From NCBI GenBank assembly GCA_050575255.1, contig JBNZDD010013628.1:1266119-1330118 (forward strand): 64,000 nt of DNA. Direction: 5' to 3'. The stretch is from Harriotta raleighana (Eukaryota). Positions 61,990 through 64,000 of this stretch are shown here, piece by piece. The notes beneath the pieces are model-generated. The model was not told the origin of the DNA, searched no databases, and saw nothing but the letters and a program-made list of their open reading frames with translations. The position numbers and the translations under genes are program-made. Position 1 is the stretch's first letter, and the number at the start of each line of letters is the position of its first letter.

Positions 61990-64000
61990 TCACTTGCCTC
62001 CATAATACCTGTGATGCCTTTGCCCCACTCACCTTCCAAACCGCCTCCTAATCACGAACCTCACCCTGGTTCACCAGCCACCTCCACTTCCTCAAGGGTC
62101 AGAAGTGGGCTGCAAACACATCTGGCTCAAATCTGGCCTAATGGTCTATCTGGATGGACCACATCAACACTTACCATTCCACTCTCGTCTCTGCCAAATT
62201 GTATTTCTGCTGCCAAGATAATCTTAGAGGTGAAGGGAAACTCCAGGCTCCTATTCTCCAAAACCAACTGGCTCCTCCGTCCACACACCCACCCACACAT
62301 CACCTATTCTCTCCTCTAACTCTCATTGCGAGGAGATGCTGGATTTCCTCAAGTCCCAAATCAAGGGAATCCGTTCAGCTGCCTCTGCCCTCCCAACTGC
62401 CATTCCCTCTCCATCTCCCCACAACACTCTGACCCCTTCCCATCCCTCCTTCCACATTTTCAAACCCCACTCCCCCTCCTTTGTTATCACCACCATATCA
62501 GCCATGAAGCTCACTAGCTGCTCCCTTGATCCCATTCCCACCGCTCTCCCTTACCTCCCAGCTCTGCCTTCTCACCCTTTTACTCTCTGACACCACCAAT
62601 TCCTCCCTATCATCTGGCACCATTCCCATCACTCTCAAAATAGCTACAATCACTCCCATTCTAAAGAAACCTTCCCTGGAAACATCCTTGCTTTCCAGTT
62701 ATCAGTCCATCTCCAACCTCCCTTTTCTTTCCAGAGTACTTGCCTCCCAGCTTCACTCATTCCTCACCTCCCACTCCCTAATGAGCTCCATCTTTTCTGA
62801 TGAAGGTCACAAACGACATCCAGTCCATCTGGGATCAGGGCTCCCTCTGCCTCATCATCCTCGTGGACCTGTCTGCTGCCTTCGACACCATGGACTACTC
62901 AATCCTTCTCCACCACCTCCCCTCCCACCTCAACCTTCAAAGTTCTGTCCTTGACTGGTTCAGGTTTTATCTCTCATACAATCTCCAATTTGTCTTCAGT
63001 AATTGTTTCGCTTCCAGCCCCCATACCATCTCCTGCAGTGTTCCTCGGGGCTCTGTCCTCAATTCCCTCCTCTTCTAACTCTACATGCTCCCTCTTGGTC
63101 CCTTCATCCGCAGACATAGAATAAATTTCCACATGTATGCGGATGAAACCCAACTCTATCTCTGCCTCCATCCTCGGTTGCAGGATAACTACCATCATGA
63201 CAGGGCTGCCTGTCAGATATCAAATCCAGGATGAGAGGCAACTTTCTACAGTTGAACGTCAGCAAAACTGAGATCCTCCCAATTGGCTCACGCCAGTACT
63301 TCTGCACCTTAGGCATTGGCAGCATCAGCATCCACAGATGCACACTCCACCTCACCAAGCCAGTCAGTTACCTGAGCGTCTTGTTCGACCCTTAGCTGAC
63401 CTTTCTCCCACACATGGAGTCCTATTGCTCAGTTGTTAGGGCACACGCTCTGCAAGCGAGAGACTTGGGTTCGATTCCTGGCAGGAGGAAACCTTGGAGA
63501 AGCTTCCTTATGCCACACGACTGATAATAATCCCTTGAAAAAATAAATAATTATAAATTGGTCATTTCAATCCATGACAGTTTGTCGAACACTGCTGTGC
63601 ACAATTGACTGCTGCATTTCACCAACAAATATACAGTCACTTTACAGTACAGTCAGTGAAGCTCCTTGAGATGCGTAGAATACATGAAAAGTGCTGCATC
63701 AAATACTAGGATTATTATGGTTATTATTCTTATTGTTATTATTATTATTATATCCATGCCATGACCAGCACTGACTTCCACCACCTCTCCAACATTGTCT
63801 AATTCTGCCACTGCTTCAGCGTTCAGGCGGCTGAAACAATCACACTCACATAGGTCACCTCGAGACTCAGCTATGGAAACTCCATCCTTCCCCAACTCTT
63901 CCCTCCAAAAGCTGCAGATCATCCCAAACTCTGTAGCTCATGTCCTCTCACGCACCAGTCACCATGACCCCATCATCTCCACCCTTGCCCAGCTCCACTG
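61990..64000 (+). mobile_element. Decayed L2 LINE ORF2 (RT region), interrupted by a SINE and running off the window
   Basis: [82 protein letters not shown] and NFLQLNVSKTE; several stops and frameshifts. Confidence 0.95.
63416..63750 (+). mobile_element. tRNA-derived SINE nested in L2
   Basis: ggagtcctattgctcagttgttagg..gggttcgattcc..body..(tat)n; host L2 resumes at ~63751. Confidence 0.92.

Noticed and set aside
1-64000. Prokaryotic-type systems (operons, CRISPR, defence islands) or an intact autonomous TE
   Set aside because: No long ORFs and a vertebrate repeat landscape; all RT fragments carry stops or frameshifts.

Overview
AT-rich vertebrate nuclear DNA that appears intronic or intergenic. 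I find no recognisable host protein-coding gene, rRNA, true tRNA or CRISPR array. The repeat content points to a cartilaginous fish, possibly elephant shark (Callorhinchus milii); this is an inference from repeat families only. A large share of the window is retrotransposon debris: a ~300-bp tRNA-headed SINE with a CORE-like segment (short and long forms), older SacSINE1/DeuSINE-like copies, 3' fragments of at least two L2 LINE families, one ~2-kb decayed L2 ORF2, CR1 fragments and possible L1/Tx1 remnants, often nested. Most of the ORF track is decayed LINE ORF2 or chance ORFs. Nine single-N positions are flanked by near-identical duplications and look like assembly joins. The best second-look items are: an inverted pair of Penelope-type minimal hammerhead ribozyme motifs (21342-21612); a retroelement family in two copies whose 3' region carries tandem copies of a SINE body motif in front of an L2 tail; a TTAA-flanked piggyBac-like MITE; a perfect 22-bp hairpin; a 5-kb repeat-free interval; and a few unverified exon/microexon candidates. 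Family names come from recalled consensus sequences, not a database search, and repeat boundaries are approximate.
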